Source of the DNA: Candidatus Magasanikbacteria bacterium GW2011_GWC2_37_14
GTDB taxonomy: Bacteria; Patescibacteriota; Patescibacteriia; Magasanikbacterales; UBA922
Direction of reading: 5' to 3'
DNA: 63,794 nt
Assembly (NCBI GenBank): GCA_000990355.1
Contig: LBSX01000011.1
Span: 1 to 63,794, forward strand
Each line of letters starts with the position of its first letter. Within the stretch, counting starts at the first letter, position 1. Position numbers and translations under genes: made by a program. This document shows positions 14,631-24,744 of the stretch, piece by piece. Below the pieces are notes generated by a model. That model searched no databases, was not told where the DNA came from, and worked only from the letters and a program-made list of their open reading frames with translations.

Positions 14631-15623
14631 TTATTTTTTTAAGGTGGTTATTGGCCGAGATTGAGTAATATAAAATTTTCCACCCTCATAGGCCCACTCA
14701 ATATCACAAGGAAAACCATAATGTTTTTCAATATTTTTACAAATTCCTGCCAATTCCATAATTTGTCGGCCAGTTAATTTTTGTTTATTAGCTTCACTTT
14801 CACTTATTTCTATCCATTCGTTGGCAGTGTCTTCTTCTTTAAGATAATCTTTGGCATTAACAATTTTTTTAATTTTTGATTTATCCAGCTTGCGATTTTG
14901 TGTCCCAATATTAATATCCAAAATACTCATTTCATTTTTGGAAATTACATAACTATCTGGGGTAACTTGTCCCGAAACAATCGCTTCACCCAAGCCATAG
15001 CCCGCTTCGATAATCATTTGGTCTGGATCTTCGGTAACCGGGTGTACTGTAAAAGCAATTCCCGAAATTTCTGACTGTACCATTTTTTGCACTACCACTG
15101 CCACCGAAACATAATGATCGATTAAATTTTTCTCATGGCGATAAAAAATTGCGCGCGGGGTAAACAGTGATGACCAGCAAGTTTTTACTCGTTCTATTAC
15201 ATTTTCTTCGGTAGTATTTAAATATGTTTCTAATTCTCCAGCCCAACTAGCTATTAAAGAATCTTCGGCAGTAGCACTAGAACGCACAGCTACAAACTCT
15301 GTATCTAATTCGGCAAAAGCCTTTAAAATTTCTACTGCCAAATCTTTTGGCATTTCGTGGTCGTGAATAACATCACGAATAACATTACTAGCTTTGTCTA
15401 CACTATTGGTATCTTCGGGATTAACTTTTTTGAGCTGAGCAAGAATTTCTGAATTCAAATCTGTTTCTTCTAAAAACCGATCAAAAGCATTGGCCAAAAC
15501 TACAAAACCAGGTGGTACAGGGATTTTTGCATTGGTCATTTCGCCAAGTGAGGCGCCTTTGCCACCTGCCTGGTCAACACTTTTTTTACTAAGATCTTTA
15601 AAAAAACTAATATGTTGTGGCAT
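14631..15623 (-). CDS. Stand-alone PEP/pyruvate-binding (PPDK_N, ATP-grasp) domain protein
   Basis: Motif GGKGASLGEM..GIPVPPGFV, typical of the PEP synthase/PPDK N-terminus. At 330 aa it lacks the swivel-His and PEP-utilising domains. Confidence 0.8.
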   Translation of the reverse strand: MPQHISFFKDLSKKSVDQAGGKGASLGEMTNAKIPVPPGFVVLANAFDRFLEETDLNSEILAQLKKVNPEDTNSVDKASNVIRDVIHDHEMPKDLAVEILKAFAELDTEFVAVRSSATAEDSLIASWAGELETYLNTTEENVIERVKTCWSSLFTPRAIFYRHEKNLIDHYVSVAVVVQKMVQSEISGIAFTVHPVTEDPDQMIIEAGYGLGEAIVSGQVTPDSYVISKNEMSILDINIGTQNRKLDKSKIKKIVNAKDYLKEEDTANEWIEISESEANKQKLTGRQIMELAGICKNIEKHYGFPCDIEWAYEGGKFYITQSRPITTLKK

Positions 15624-15632
15624 AGAAAAAAA

Positions 15633-16676
15633 TTAGTGATGTTTTTTGGCTGCTGGTTCTACTGGTTTTACAACCGGAGTAGGTGCTTCTTCTTTTTTTG
15701 GTTCAGCTTTTGGAGCTGGTTTTAAATCTTCTTCATAAGCTCTTGCCAAGGCTTCAACTTCAGCCCAATCAATGGTTAATTCTACACCTTCACCCATTAA
15801 TTTTTGACGTTCGGGACTTAAAAATTTACAAACTATTTTACCTTCTTTTTCAAAAGAAACTTTAAAACCTTCAAGCGGACTAAACATTCCACCAATGTCA
15901 TGAATAGAATTTAATTTCTGACCACCACGACGCAATACTTTTACCAACCATGCTTCATTAAGACCACCATGATTTACAAACGGTACAGCAATTCTACCCG
16001 TTAAACCACCAGTTAATCTTCCTTCTGCCTGTTGTCTCAACATCAACATATTAGCCGACATCATTTTGGCAATTGAATCAATCACTTTGGGATTTTCCAA
16101 CATTTTATTAAAAGCAATTTTTTCTGCAGCCTCACCCAATTCACCTCTTTTTTTCTTATCCAACAAACCATAATTTGGCGCTAATTTTGCTAATTCAACT
16201 TTATTTTGAGCCATAGCGATTTGAAGAGCTTTTTTAACTTCTGGATCTTTAATATTTTTCATCCATTCACCATAAGTAGAAGATCTTAAAGTTTCTGTTT
16301 TGTTTTCTTCTCCAGTTATTCCTTTGGCTAATTTTTTCTCTGTAACAGCAGTACGATTTTCAGAAGTATTATAACCAATTACTTCATCATAATTATCTTG
16401 TTCTAAAATCCTGCCAAAATCTACAGCTCTAAGTTCGCCCTCTGGGCGTAATTCTTTATCATCATTTACTGGTTTTTTATTGTCTGGCAAACCAGTCAAC
16501 ATTGGATCATCCCACTCCTGAGGACCAGCAAAACGGTTGCTATGACGAAACAAAAAAACATCTACTGCTGGGGTTTCTTTTTGTTCGCGTTTTTCACGGC
16601 TTTGGGGACCAAAATATTCACGTTGCTCTCTACCACCCACATTCCTTCTTGTGGCTGTATCGGTATTTAAGACCAT
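15633..16676 (-). CDS. Histidine-phosphatase-superfamily-like protein with Lys/Pro/Ala-rich tail
   Basis: FLFRHSNR resembles the RHG motif and VNHGGLNEAW resembles the second catalytic His region. Weak call. The C-terminus is KPAPKAEPKKEEAPTPVVKPVEPAAKKHH. Confidence 0.4.
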   Translation of the reverse strand: MVLNTDTATRRNVGGREQREYFGPQSREKREQKETPAVDVFLFRHSNRFAGPQEWDDPMLTGLPDNKKPVNDDKELRPEGELRAVDFGRILEQDNYDEVIGYNTSENRTAVTEKKLAKGITGEENKTETLRSSTYGEWMKNIKDPEVKKALQIAMAQNKVELAKLAPNYGLLDKKKRGELGEAAEKIAFNKMLENPKVIDSIAKMMSANMLMLRQQAEGRLTGGLTGRIAVPFVNHGGLNEAWLVKVLRRGGQKLNSIHDIGGMFSPLEGFKVSFEKEGKIVCKFLSPERQKLMGEGVELTIDWAEVEALARAYEEDLKPAPKAEPKKEEAPTPVVKPVEPAAKKHH

Positions 16677-16722
16677 ATAATTTTAGATTAAATATTATAA
16701 TTAAATTCTAACACACTTATGA

Positions 16723-17811
16723 TTACATTTCAATAACAGTTTTATCTCCCAAAACCATACGGTGTGCCTCTGCTTCCCCGTTCTCACGTTTTATTAATTT
16801 GATGCCTTTGCCCAACAAACTGTCAGTAATATTAATACTTACTTTTATTAAGCTATTTTCTAAAAGAATTGAATCTTTAATATTGGCTCCATAGACTTCG
16901 GTACCAGCACCAATAGTCACATTAGGGCCAATAGTACAATCTTCCAAAACACAATTCTCACCAATCATTACGGGCCCTTGTATTTTTACTTGCTTACCAA
17001 TTCTTGAACCAACCCCAATCTGGACTTTGCCTTTTATTTCTGCACTTTTATCTACAGCACCATGGTTGGGAAAACTTCCTTCAGTCATTTGTTCCAAAAG
17101 TAAACGATTGGCGGTAAGTAAATCTTCTGCTTGCCCAGTGTCTTTCCAATAACCAGTTATTTCTTTGTGGCCAACTTTATAATTATTTTTCAAAAAATAC
17201 GAATGAATACTAGAAATTTCATATTCACCACGAGCACTTTTTTCTATTTTGTCATACGCTTTAAAAAATACTTTTGGCCCATACAAATAAATTCCTGTAA
17301 CCGCAAAATTATTTGGTGGGTTGGTTGGTTTTTCTATTACATCTATTAACTTATTATTTTCAAAAACTGGCACTCCAAAATGTCTGGCATCGGGCACTTG
17401 CGACAAAACCAACGTACAATCGTCATTACTTTTGCAAAATTCATCCACAATTTCTTTTAAATTACCGATCATTATATTATCGGACAAAAAAAACAAAAAA
17501 GGGTCATCGCCAATAAACTTTTCTGCCTGCTTTACCACATGAGCAATGCCTTGTGGCCCACCTGTTTGCTCAAAAAATTTAATGGTAATTCCCCAATGCC
17601 CACCATCACCAATGTATTTTTGTAATTCTGTTTCACCAGGATTAGTATTAATAAAAATTTCCTCTACCCCAGCTTCTACTGCTCTTTCAATTGCATGAAA
17701 AATCATTGGCTTGTTGGCTAGTGGCAATAGATGCTTATTAATTGTCGTAGTAATTGGAAAAAGCCGTGTCGCCCTTCCCCCTCCGGTCAAGATCGCTTTT
17801 TTTATTTTCAT
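16723..17811 (-). CDS. Sugar-1-phosphate nucleotidylyltransferase (RmlA/GlmU-like, with left-handed beta-helix C-terminus)
   Basis: Motif KAILTGGGRATRLFPITTTINKHLLPLANKPMI and C-terminal hexapeptide repeats. Confidence 0.85.
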   Translation of the reverse strand: MKIKKAILTGGGRATRLFPITTTINKHLLPLANKPMIFHAIERAVEAGVEEIFINTNPGETELQKYIGDGGHWGITIKFFEQTGGPQGIAHVVKQAEKFIGDDPFLFFLSDNIMIGNLKEIVDEFCKSNDDCTLVLSQVPDARHFGVPVFENNKLIDVIEKPTNPPNNFAVTGIYLYGPKVFFKAYDKIEKSARGEYEISSIHSYFLKNNYKVGHKEITGYWKDTGQAEDLLTANRLLLEQMTEGSFPNHGAVDKSAEIKGKVQIGVGSRIGKQVKIQGPVMIGENCVLEDCTIGPNVTIGAGTEVYGANIKDSILLENSLIKVSINITDSLLGKGIKLIKRENGEAEAHRMVLGDKTVIEM

Positions 17812-17817
17812 ATTATT

Positions 17818-18915
17818 TTACCACCAAATTAAGCCCTTAACCACTACCCAATAATACAAAGTCATTAAAGGATTACCCAGGTACTTTAGTAAAGGATTTT
17901 CCATAGACTTTTCTTGAAAATATATACCAGAAACTGCTGTTTTTAGCAAATCTCGATCGCTTACTTTGCGTAAACTTTGAATATTCTTTCTTTTGCCTAA
18001 CCATAACTGCCAACTACTTGTCTTTAACCAATACTGATAAACTTTTACCCGTTCTTTCCACCAACCACCCTTAAAAGCAAACAGCCATAAACCAAATTCC
18101 AAAATTATTGCCATTGGCAAAAGCAAAAGCAAGGTTGGCCAGCGGAAAAACATTAACATGGTGCCATAACGATTACGTTCCATCCAATAAAATTTTTCTA
18201 TACTCCGGCTAAATTGATATTTATGATAAAAAACAGAATCTTTTACTAATACTGATTTAAAACCAAGAATTTTTAAACGAAAACTATATTCCAAATCTTC
18301 ATGATATAAAAAGAAATCATGGTCCCACAAGCCATACTGTTTTAATAAATTCACTCGCATTAATAAGGCTGCACCAGAGGCATAACCAATTTCTACAACA
18401 CTTGGTAAAATTAATTCTTTGGCCTTGGCTTTGTAATCACCACAAAAACCAAAACCTAAATATTGAAAAGAATTGCCTGTGGAATTTACTAATTCTGTTT
18501 CTGGATGAAGAAGCATTAACGATTGTGCTACCCCAATAGTCTGATCCTGTTCCATTGCTTCTACCAATGGTTCCAAACAAGTGGCTGCCATAAAACCATC
18601 GTTGTTATGAAAATAGACATAATCAAAACCATTATTCAAGGCCCAGGTTATGCCTTCATTATTGCCCCCAGCAAAACCCAAGTTTTCTTTTTGAGCCAAG
18701 AGTGTTACATGGGGAATCTCTGTACCCGACATTGGCAAAACATTTTCTTCTAAATAGCGCACCGAGGGGCCATAGGTAGGATGAGGATTATCTACAACAA
18801 TAAATTCTACTTTGTCCCGCGGATAAGTTAGTTTTTTTAAAGACGAAACTACATCATCTATGTAGGGTTCGCAGTGGAATGATAAATAAACAATAGCTAT
18901 TTTTGGATAATTCAT
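17818..18915 (-). CDS. Family 2 glycosyltransferase with C-terminal membrane segments
   Basis: N-terminal Rossmann region IAIVYLSFH...FIVVDN, followed by NEG..DYVYFHNND and HEDLEYSFR. Confidence 0.8.
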   Translation of the reverse strand: MNYPKIAIVYLSFHCEPYIDDVVSSLKKLTYPRDKVEFIVVDNPHPTYGPSVRYLEENVLPMSGTEIPHVTLLAQKENLGFAGGNNEGITWALNNGFDYVYFHNNDGFMAATCLEPLVEAMEQDQTIGVAQSLMLLHPETELVNSTGNSFQYLGFGFCGDYKAKAKELILPSVVEIGYASGAALLMRVNLLKQYGLWDHDFFLYHEDLEYSFRLKILGFKSVLVKDSVFYHKYQFSRSIEKFYWMERNRYGTMLMFFRWPTLLLLLPMAIILEFGLWLFAFKGGWWKERVKVYQYWLKTSSWQLWLGKRKNIQSLRKVSDRDLLKTAVSGIYFQEKSMENPLLKYLGNPLMTLYYWVVVKGLIWW

Positions 18916-18916
18916 A

Positions 18917-19744
18917 TTAGATTTGTTTACCTCGCCATTTTAATAAATATTTAAACCAACTTTGTAAATGTATACGAGCTAGTTTATTTTTAAATAAAGC
19001 TTTGATAATACCTGGCACTTTGGCCGACTCCCGAGCGTGCACATGTTTAATAACAATATCATGCACATAATAAACTGGCCAGTGTGCTTCCCACATTCGG
19101 CGACACCAATCACAATCTTCCAAATACATAAAATATCGATCATCAAACCAACCAATTTCGTCCACCACTTCTTGGCGCACCACCATAGCGGCTCCCAAAA
19201 CCCAATCTACTGGCCGAGTTTCATTGTGATCAAAATCTTTCATAAGTAATTTGTCTGAATGTTTTCTTACCCACTTATATTTTTGATCAAAATTAATTTG
19301 TTTTAAGGGTTTAATTAAAAGTGAAGCAAAATCAAAGCGATAACAAGAATATTGTAAACTGCCATCCATATTTAAAAGCTTGGGGCCAATACAACCAATC
19401 TTAGGGTGGTCATCCATAAACTTAATAATACGCTCAATTACTTTTGAATTTTCAGGGACAATAGTATCACGATTTAAAGCAAAATAATACCGCGCTGGCA
19501 TGGACTTAAAACCAATAGAGTTGCCTTTGCCAAAACCCACATTACCACCACAATTAATATATTTAACTTGGCCAAATTTTGCAGCTAAATCATCTTTGAT
19601 GCCATCACGATTTTCCGAATTATCGGCCACGGTGACTTGTACACTATACGGACAATTTTTAATATCTGCCAAAACCGAATCTACAGCGCGCAAAATATCG
19701 TCCTTCATTAAATAATTTAAAAATACAATGTTAATGTCTTTCAT
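18917..19744 (-). CDS. Family 2 glycosyltransferase
   Basis: Motifs INIVFLNY...VTVADNSEN and YLEDCDWCRR. Start moved to M10 (19744) to avoid overlap with the upstream gene. Confidence 0.8.
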   Translation of the reverse strand: MKDINIVFLNYLMKDDILRAVDSVLADIKNCPYSVQVTVADNSENRDGIKDDLAAKFGQVKYINCGGNVGFGKGNSIGFKSMPARYYFALNRDTIVPENSKVIERIIKFMDDHPKIGCIGPKLLNMDGSLQYSCYRFDFASLLIKPLKQINFDQKYKWVRKHSDKLLMKDFDHNETRPVDWVLGAAMVVRQEVVDEIGWFDDRYFMYLEDCDWCRRMWEAHWPVYYVHDIVIKHVHARESAKVPGIIKALFKNKLARIHLQSWFKYLLKWRGKQI

Positions 19745-19748
19745 AAAA

Positions 19749-21410
19749 TTAATCACCAAGTTCTTTAACATGCCCTTTTTTAGCTTCTTGTTTTAAGTAA
19801 TCTAATTTTTTTAAATCTTCAGCAACTTTATCCCTTTGTTCTGGATTAAAATTTTCTTCCAACTCAGAAATAAGTCCCGGTAATGTTTGTGCATAACGTT
19901 TACTGTGTAAAATGCTAGCAAAATTTCTTAATTTTATTTGTCTTGTATAATCAAATATTGAACCATTATTATGAACTAAATCTATTGCACGATCGACTAA
20001 AACCAATTTCTCGGAAAAATGACTATTTTCGTCTTTTTCTCCATTGATATCCCACATTTGTTTAACAATTTCAATTATTTTTTCCCAAAGTTCCGTTTCT
20101 GAACCAACATAATCAGAAGTTGTTCTAATTAAAAATAGTTTTATTTCTTCCAAACTAACTTTTGGTGGCAATGAATGTTGATAACGATACATGTATTTAC
20201 TCAAACTTCTTTGTAAAACTACATTTAACAAACCTTTCTTCAACCATTCAAAAATTTTGGCTGTAATTTCTTTTTCATGATCCCTAAAATTTGCTCTGCG
20301 AATTCTAGTCTCTATTGCAGAAAATTCTTTTCCATTAACAAAAACGTTTTTGCCACTTACATAATCTGTAAATTTTTTTCTATCCAAATATTCTGTCTCT
20401 ACTTCGTCCAAGGCTTGATTAGCACGCGTTGCAATATAAAACTCAGCAACTTGTTCCGAAGCATTCACTCCAATAAAATCTTTAACATCAATTTTTAACT
20501 CAGGTACTTCTGTTTCTTTTTCAACTAAGTCTACATTTTTTTCATCTGTTTTGTAGCCTAATTTATTTCCCAATTCAATAAGTTTTTTAGCACTACCATA
20601 AAGTCGATTGTTAATTGTTTGGTTTAGTATTTCATTATAATCTTCTTGAGTAAAAAAATTTTGTGGCTTATCTGCTAAAATAAATAGATTACTCAAAGCT
20701 TCAAAATCAAAATAATATAAATACCTTTTCACTAGTTCGGTCATTTTGTCTTTATCGGGGAGATCTTCTTTGTTTTCTAAAACAAACCTTTCTAACGCTT
20801 CCTCTGAAAAAGAACCTAAACTCAAAAAAACTTGTTCTAAATAAAATTCATTCTTCAACTTTGTTAATACTTCCCAGCCAAGATTACGAAAATTTGTAAG
20901 TTCATATGCCAAAATTATAGCATTCTCTTTTTCTAAAATTTTAATTGCAATTTCATTATGTTCCAAGCCTTCAAAATTCCCCAAATTGTGAACTAAACCA
21001 GAACAACAACTTCCCTCGTCTATAATAAAATCTGCAATTTCTGTATGGTTTAAACCCTTAAAATTAGAAAGATATTCTGCAAGATAGTTACCATTACCTT
21101 CAGCAATCAATTTTAAGGCAACTTCTTTATGATCCAAACCTTCAAAAAATGGTAAAAATTCTGCTACATAATGCAAGGCTTTTCTAGCAATCATTTTGTC
21201 GCAAATTTCTTTATGATACCCCTTATTATTCTCTAAATACGTTAACAAATAATTAGGCTGTTCTGCGTACGAACAGGCTAACATATTTTGTAATAAAACA
21301 TCAACACTGTTTTCATCGAACGGAACAACAACCTCTACCACTTCATTAGCAGGTAGTGTGGTTTCGTCCACAAAATTTTCAAAGCTTAAATCTCTTGCAG
21401 TTTCTGACAT
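19749..21410 (-). CDS. Hypothetical 553-aa protein with internal about 35-aa repeats
   Basis: Repeats FFEGLDHKEVALKLIAEGNGNYLAEYL, NFKGLNHTEIADFIIDEG and NFEGLEHNEIAIKILEKEN. No signal peptide or transmembrane segment. Embedded in the glycan cluster. Confidence 0.6.
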   Translation of the reverse strand: MSETARDLSFENFVDETTLPANEVVEVVVPFDENSVDVLLQNMLACSYAEQPNYLLTYLENNKGYHKEICDKMIARKALHYVAEFLPFFEGLDHKEVALKLIAEGNGNYLAEYLSNFKGLNHTEIADFIIDEGSCCSGLVHNLGNFEGLEHNEIAIKILEKENAIILAYELTNFRNLGWEVLTKLKNEFYLEQVFLSLGSFSEEALERFVLENKEDLPDKDKMTELVKRYLYYFDFEALSNLFILADKPQNFFTQEDYNEILNQTINNRLYGSAKKLIELGNKLGYKTDEKNVDLVEKETEVPELKIDVKDFIGVNASEQVAEFYIATRANQALDEVETEYLDRKKFTDYVSGKNVFVNGKEFSAIETRIRRANFRDHEKEITAKIFEWLKKGLLNVVLQRSLSKYMYRYQHSLPPKVSLEEIKLFLIRTTSDYVGSETELWEKIIEIVKQMWDINGEKDENSHFSEKLVLVDRAIDLVHNNGSIFDYTRQIKLRNFASILHSKRYAQTLPGLISELEENFNPEQRDKVAEDLKKLDYLKQEAKKGHVKELGD

Positions 21411-21453
21411 AATTTATTTAAAGTTCTTGTATTAGTGTTAATTTATGTGATAA

Positions 21454-22668
21454 TTAATGTTTCCACCACTTCCTCATTTCTCGCCAACTTACTCTTCTTA
21501 TTTCTTTTATCTTTTTCCTTTTTATTTTTAACTGGTCAAAATTTTTATAAAGTTCTCCTAAACCTTTTAAAACTTGTCTATCAAACAATAAAAAATATAC
21601 AAACTTCTTTAATTCATACCATTTTATAAACGGCAAGTCAAGTAGATAATTTTGCCAATACTCATTTTTTATTAAAGTCATTAAATGATTTTTGTAACTG
21701 TGATATTTTACCCAGGATGACTGTTGTTTTTTATTGGCAATAGCGATTGAATCACCAAGATTTTCTGGACCAGCTGCCGAACGATCGTGATATGCAACGG
21801 CATTTAACAATACATACGCTTTGTGCCCGGCCAAACGTAAACGATAAGCCAAATCCACATCTTCTTTATAAGAACCATAAGTTTCATCAAACAAACCAAT
21901 CTCGTCAATTACCGATTTTCTAAACATTGGCAGAGCGCCAGAAACTCCGAAAACTTCTGCACTGTCATTGCGAGTCACGCCCGAGCGTGACGTGGCAATC
22001 CCCTGCTTCATCGGGATTGCTTCGTCAGCCTTTTTGTCGGCTTCCTCGCAATGACACGATGACCAATCTTCGCCTGCGTTTAATTCAACCACTCGTCTAT
22101 TCCTTAAAACCTTTAAGCCAAGGGTGTCAATTTGGTTGGTAAAACTTTTTTCAATGTCCCCCTCTTTCCAAGAGGGGGTAGGCCTGCCCGACATGCCGTC
22201 AAGGCAGGCGGAGGGAGTTGCCGAGGTTTGCCCAAACTCCGGCAAACTCTCCCGGCCTGTGGGCCACCCTCTCTTGGTAAGAGAGGGACAACTAAAATCC
22301 CATTTCATTAATCTTGGACTTACCACTGCTACTTCACTACTACTATTCATAAATTCAACCAACTTTTCCAAACAATCTGGCATTAAAAACATGTCTTGAT
22401 TAAGTAACAATACATATTCTGTTTTACAATCCACAATCAACTGATTATGACCACCAGCAAAACCTTTATTTTCTTTATTGATAATTAATTCATATTCAAC
22501 AGGAAAATTTTGTAATTCAATTTTTATTTTTTCTACCGTATCATCTGTAGAAGCATTATCTAAAATAATTAATTTATAATTATTAAAAGTCTGTTTTCTT
22601 AGAGAATCAAAAAGATACGGAATATATTTGTTACCGTTCCAAGTGAGTAAGTGTATTGCTAGTTTCAT
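21454..22668 (-). CDS. Family 2 glycosyltransferase carrying about 220 nt of in-frame palindromic-element insertions
   Basis: GT2 motifs are LTWNG...LIILDNASTDDT and YKEDVDLAYR. The middle (GWPTGRESLPEFGQTSATPSACLDGMSGRPTPSWKEG... CHCEEADKKADEAIPMKQGIATSRSGVTRNDS) is encoded by repeats at about 22159-22290 and 21964-22055. Confidence 0.8.
   Translation of the reverse strand: MKLAIHLLTWNGNKYIPYLFDSLRKQTFNNYKLIILDNASTDDTVEKIKIELQNFPVEYELIINKENKGFAGGHNQLIVDCKTEYVLLLNQDMFLMPDCLEKLVEFMNSSSEVAVVSPRLMKWDFSCPSLTKRGWPTGRESLPEFGQTSATPSACLDGMSGRPTPSWKEGDIEKSFTNQIDTLGLKVLRNRRVVELNAGEDWSSCHCEEADKKADEAIPMKQGIATSRSGVTRNDSAEVFGVSGALPMFRKSVIDEIGLFDETYGSYKEDVDLAYRLRLAGHKAYVLLNAVAYHDRSAAGPENLGDSIAIANKKQQSSWVKYHSYKNHLMTLIKNEYWQNYLLDLPFIKWYELKKFVYFLLFDRQVLKGLGELYKNFDQLKIKRKKIKEIRRVSWREMRKWWKH
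21964..22055. repeat. GTCATTGCGAG...CTCGCAATGAC palindromic element (about 90 bp family)
   Basis: Same family as 37535-37611, 47167-47250 and 50631-50724, with a partial copy at about 6195-6245. Shared core GGCAATCC...GGATTGCTTCG. Confidence 0.8.
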
Positions 22669-23507
22669 AATTTATCATTTAACCAGGCCAATACTAAACC
22701 AAAAGGTCTTGTTAGCCAAATCCATATCCATTTATGCATCGGTTCCCATTTTTGAAAATACTGCAACATACTCTTGGTAAAATTTTTCTGTTTCCAATAA
22801 GTAGCGCGTTTTTTAAAACTTTGTCCAACAAAATCAATACACGAAATAATTGGCGTGTACATTACTTTGTAACCTGCTTGCCAAACTTCCCTACAAGTAT
22901 CTACATCTTCAAACCAAATAAAATAACGCGGGTCAAAGGCCCAACCTAATTTTTCATAAACATCACGGCGCACAATCATAAACGAACCACGAACTGACGG
23001 GACCTCTTGTTCTTTTTCTGGATCAAAATCTTTCATATAATAATTATCCAGAATTTGTGGCATTAAATGTGGAATTTTAAAGATAAGTGCCACCATTTCC
23101 CAAACTTTAGGGAACCGACGTGGCTTGGCATCCTCATTAAATTTTCCAAATTGATCTAATAATTTGCAACTGGCAAGTCCTACTTTTGGATTATTCCTCA
23201 TCCACTCTACCATTTTATCCAAACTACCCTCTGCAACTTGATTGTCAGCATTTAAAAATAATAAAAATTCACCATTAGAAATCTTGGCACCCTGGTTATT
23301 GCCGGCACCAAAACCAAGATTTTCTAAACTTTTTATTAAAACTACCGAAGGATATTTTTCCACAAATTCTGTAGTTTTATCTTTGGAAGCATTATCTACC
23401 ACAATTTGTTCAAACTCAATATTTTTACAACCCAAAACTACAGATTTAATTTGTTTTTCAATAAAATCTTCTGAATTCCAAGTAACGGTAATAACAGACA
23501 AATCCAT
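22665..23507 (-). CDS. Family 2 glycosyltransferase
   Basis: Motifs LSVITVTWNS...VVDNASKDKT and FEDVDTCRE. Confidence 0.85.
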   Translation of the reverse strand: MDLSVITVTWNSEDFIEKQIKSVVLGCKNIEFEQIVVDNASKDKTTEFVEKYPSVVLIKSLENLGFGAGNNQGAKISNGEFLLFLNADNQVAEGSLDKMVEWMRNNPKVGLASCKLLDQFGKFNEDAKPRRFPKVWEMVALIFKIPHLMPQILDNYYMKDFDPEKEQEVPSVRGSFMIVRRDVYEKLGWAFDPRYFIWFEDVDTCREVWQAGYKVMYTPIISCIDFVGQSFKKRATYWKQKNFTKSMLQYFQKWEPMHKWIWIWLTRPFGLVLAWLNDKL

Positions 23508-23510
23508 AAA

Positions 23511-23861
23511 TTAAACTCTATTATAATCATCTTCTAAACGAATAATATCATCCTCACCAAAATATTTACCAGTCTGAATTTCTATAAAAATTAAATCATC
23601 TTTCAACTTATTGGCAACTCGATGCTTACTTTGTACAGGAATATCAACAGACTCCCCTTTTTTAACAAGCAAATCCTGATCATTTAATGTTACCAAAGCC
23701 TCACCAGCTACCACATACCAATGTTCACTGCGTTGATAATGCAATTGATAACTTAATCTTTGTCCAGAGCTAACCAAAATTTCTTTTACTTTATAATTTG
23801 GATTATCAACTAAAACTTTGTAAAAACCCCAAGGCCGTTCTTCTGTTTCCATAATTAACAA
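23511..23861 (-). CDS. Cupin domain protein (type II mannose-6-phosphate isomerase C-terminal-like)
   Basis: Motif ERPWGFYKVL...SYQLHYQRSEHWYVVAGEA...VDIPVQSKHRV. Confidence 0.7.
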   Translation of the reverse strand: MLIMETEERPWGFYKVLVDNPNYKVKEILVSSGQRLSYQLHYQRSEHWYVVAGEALVTLNDQDLLVKKGESVDIPVQSKHRVANKLKDDLIFIEIQTGKYFGEDDIIRLEDDYNRV

Positions 23862-23876
23862 AATAAAATTTGCTTG

Positions 23877-24743
23877 CTATTTTAAATATTCTTGCAAAGC
23901 TTCTTGCCAACTTCTCTGCTTCGGCATTTTGGTATTTAATAATTCAGAAAAATTAGGCCGTTTGGCTGGACGCGGAAATTTGTCGGCCGACACTGGATTA
24001 CACTTAACTTGCAAATTTTTTAATTTAAAAATTTCTTCGGCAAATTGATACCAAGTACAAGCTCCGCTATTGGCTCCATGATAAATTCCATGTGGTTTTT
24101 TTTGTTCTAACAACTCCCTGGTAAATTTTGCCAAATCTTTTACATAAGTCGGACATGTTTTTTCATCATCTACCAAATCTAATTCTTGTTTACCCTGAAC
24201 GCCAGCTGAAGGGTTTCCTTTTACCAAATCCAACATAATATCTACAAAACTTTTTTTGGCCATTTCACTAGCGCCTGCCGGGCCAAACAAACGCGACAAA
24301 CGAATTAAATAATATTTGACTGTTCCCATTTTTAATAATTGTTCGCCCAAAACTTTGCTTTGACCATATTTATTTATTGGGTCATTGTAAGCCTCTTCGG
24401 TATAACCGCTCTTCCTATCTCCTTTAAATACATAGTCACTGGAATAGTGAACCAAAATAATATCTAAATTTTTACAACTTTCCGCTAAATAACCTACAGC
24501 TTGCCCATTTACTAATTCAGCAATTTTAAAATCAGCAGAATTTTCTTCAATCTTGTCTACAGCATTATAAGCCGTGGCATTAATTAAAACATCTGGTTTA
24601 ATTTCTGTTAATTTTATTTTTATTTTATTTTTATCAGTAATATCTAGTTCTTCTTTATCATACGCAAAAACTTCACAGTCTTTAAATTCTGTTTGCAAGG
24701 CTTGACCCAACATTCCCTTTGCACCAGTAATTACTATTCTCAT
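23877..24743 (-). CDS. rfbD: dTDP-4-dehydrorhamnose reductase
   Basis: Motifs MRIVITGAKGMLG, YSSDYVF and YGQSK (the SDR YxxxK). Typical length of 288 aa. Confidence 0.85.
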   Translation of the reverse strand: MRIVITGAKGMLGQALQTEFKDCEVFAYDKEELDITDKNKIKIKLTEIKPDVLINATAYNAVDKIEENSADFKIAELVNGQAVGYLAESCKNLDIILVHYSSDYVFKGDRKSGYTEEAYNDPINKYGQSKVLGEQLLKMGTVKYYLIRLSRLFGPAGASEMAKKSFVDIMLDLVKGNPSAGVQGKQELDLVDDEKTCPTYVKDLAKFTRELLEQKKPHGIYHGANSGACTWYQFAEEIFKLKNLQVKCNPVSADKFPRPAKRPNFSELLNTKMPKQRSWQEALQEYLK

Positions 24744-24744
24744 A

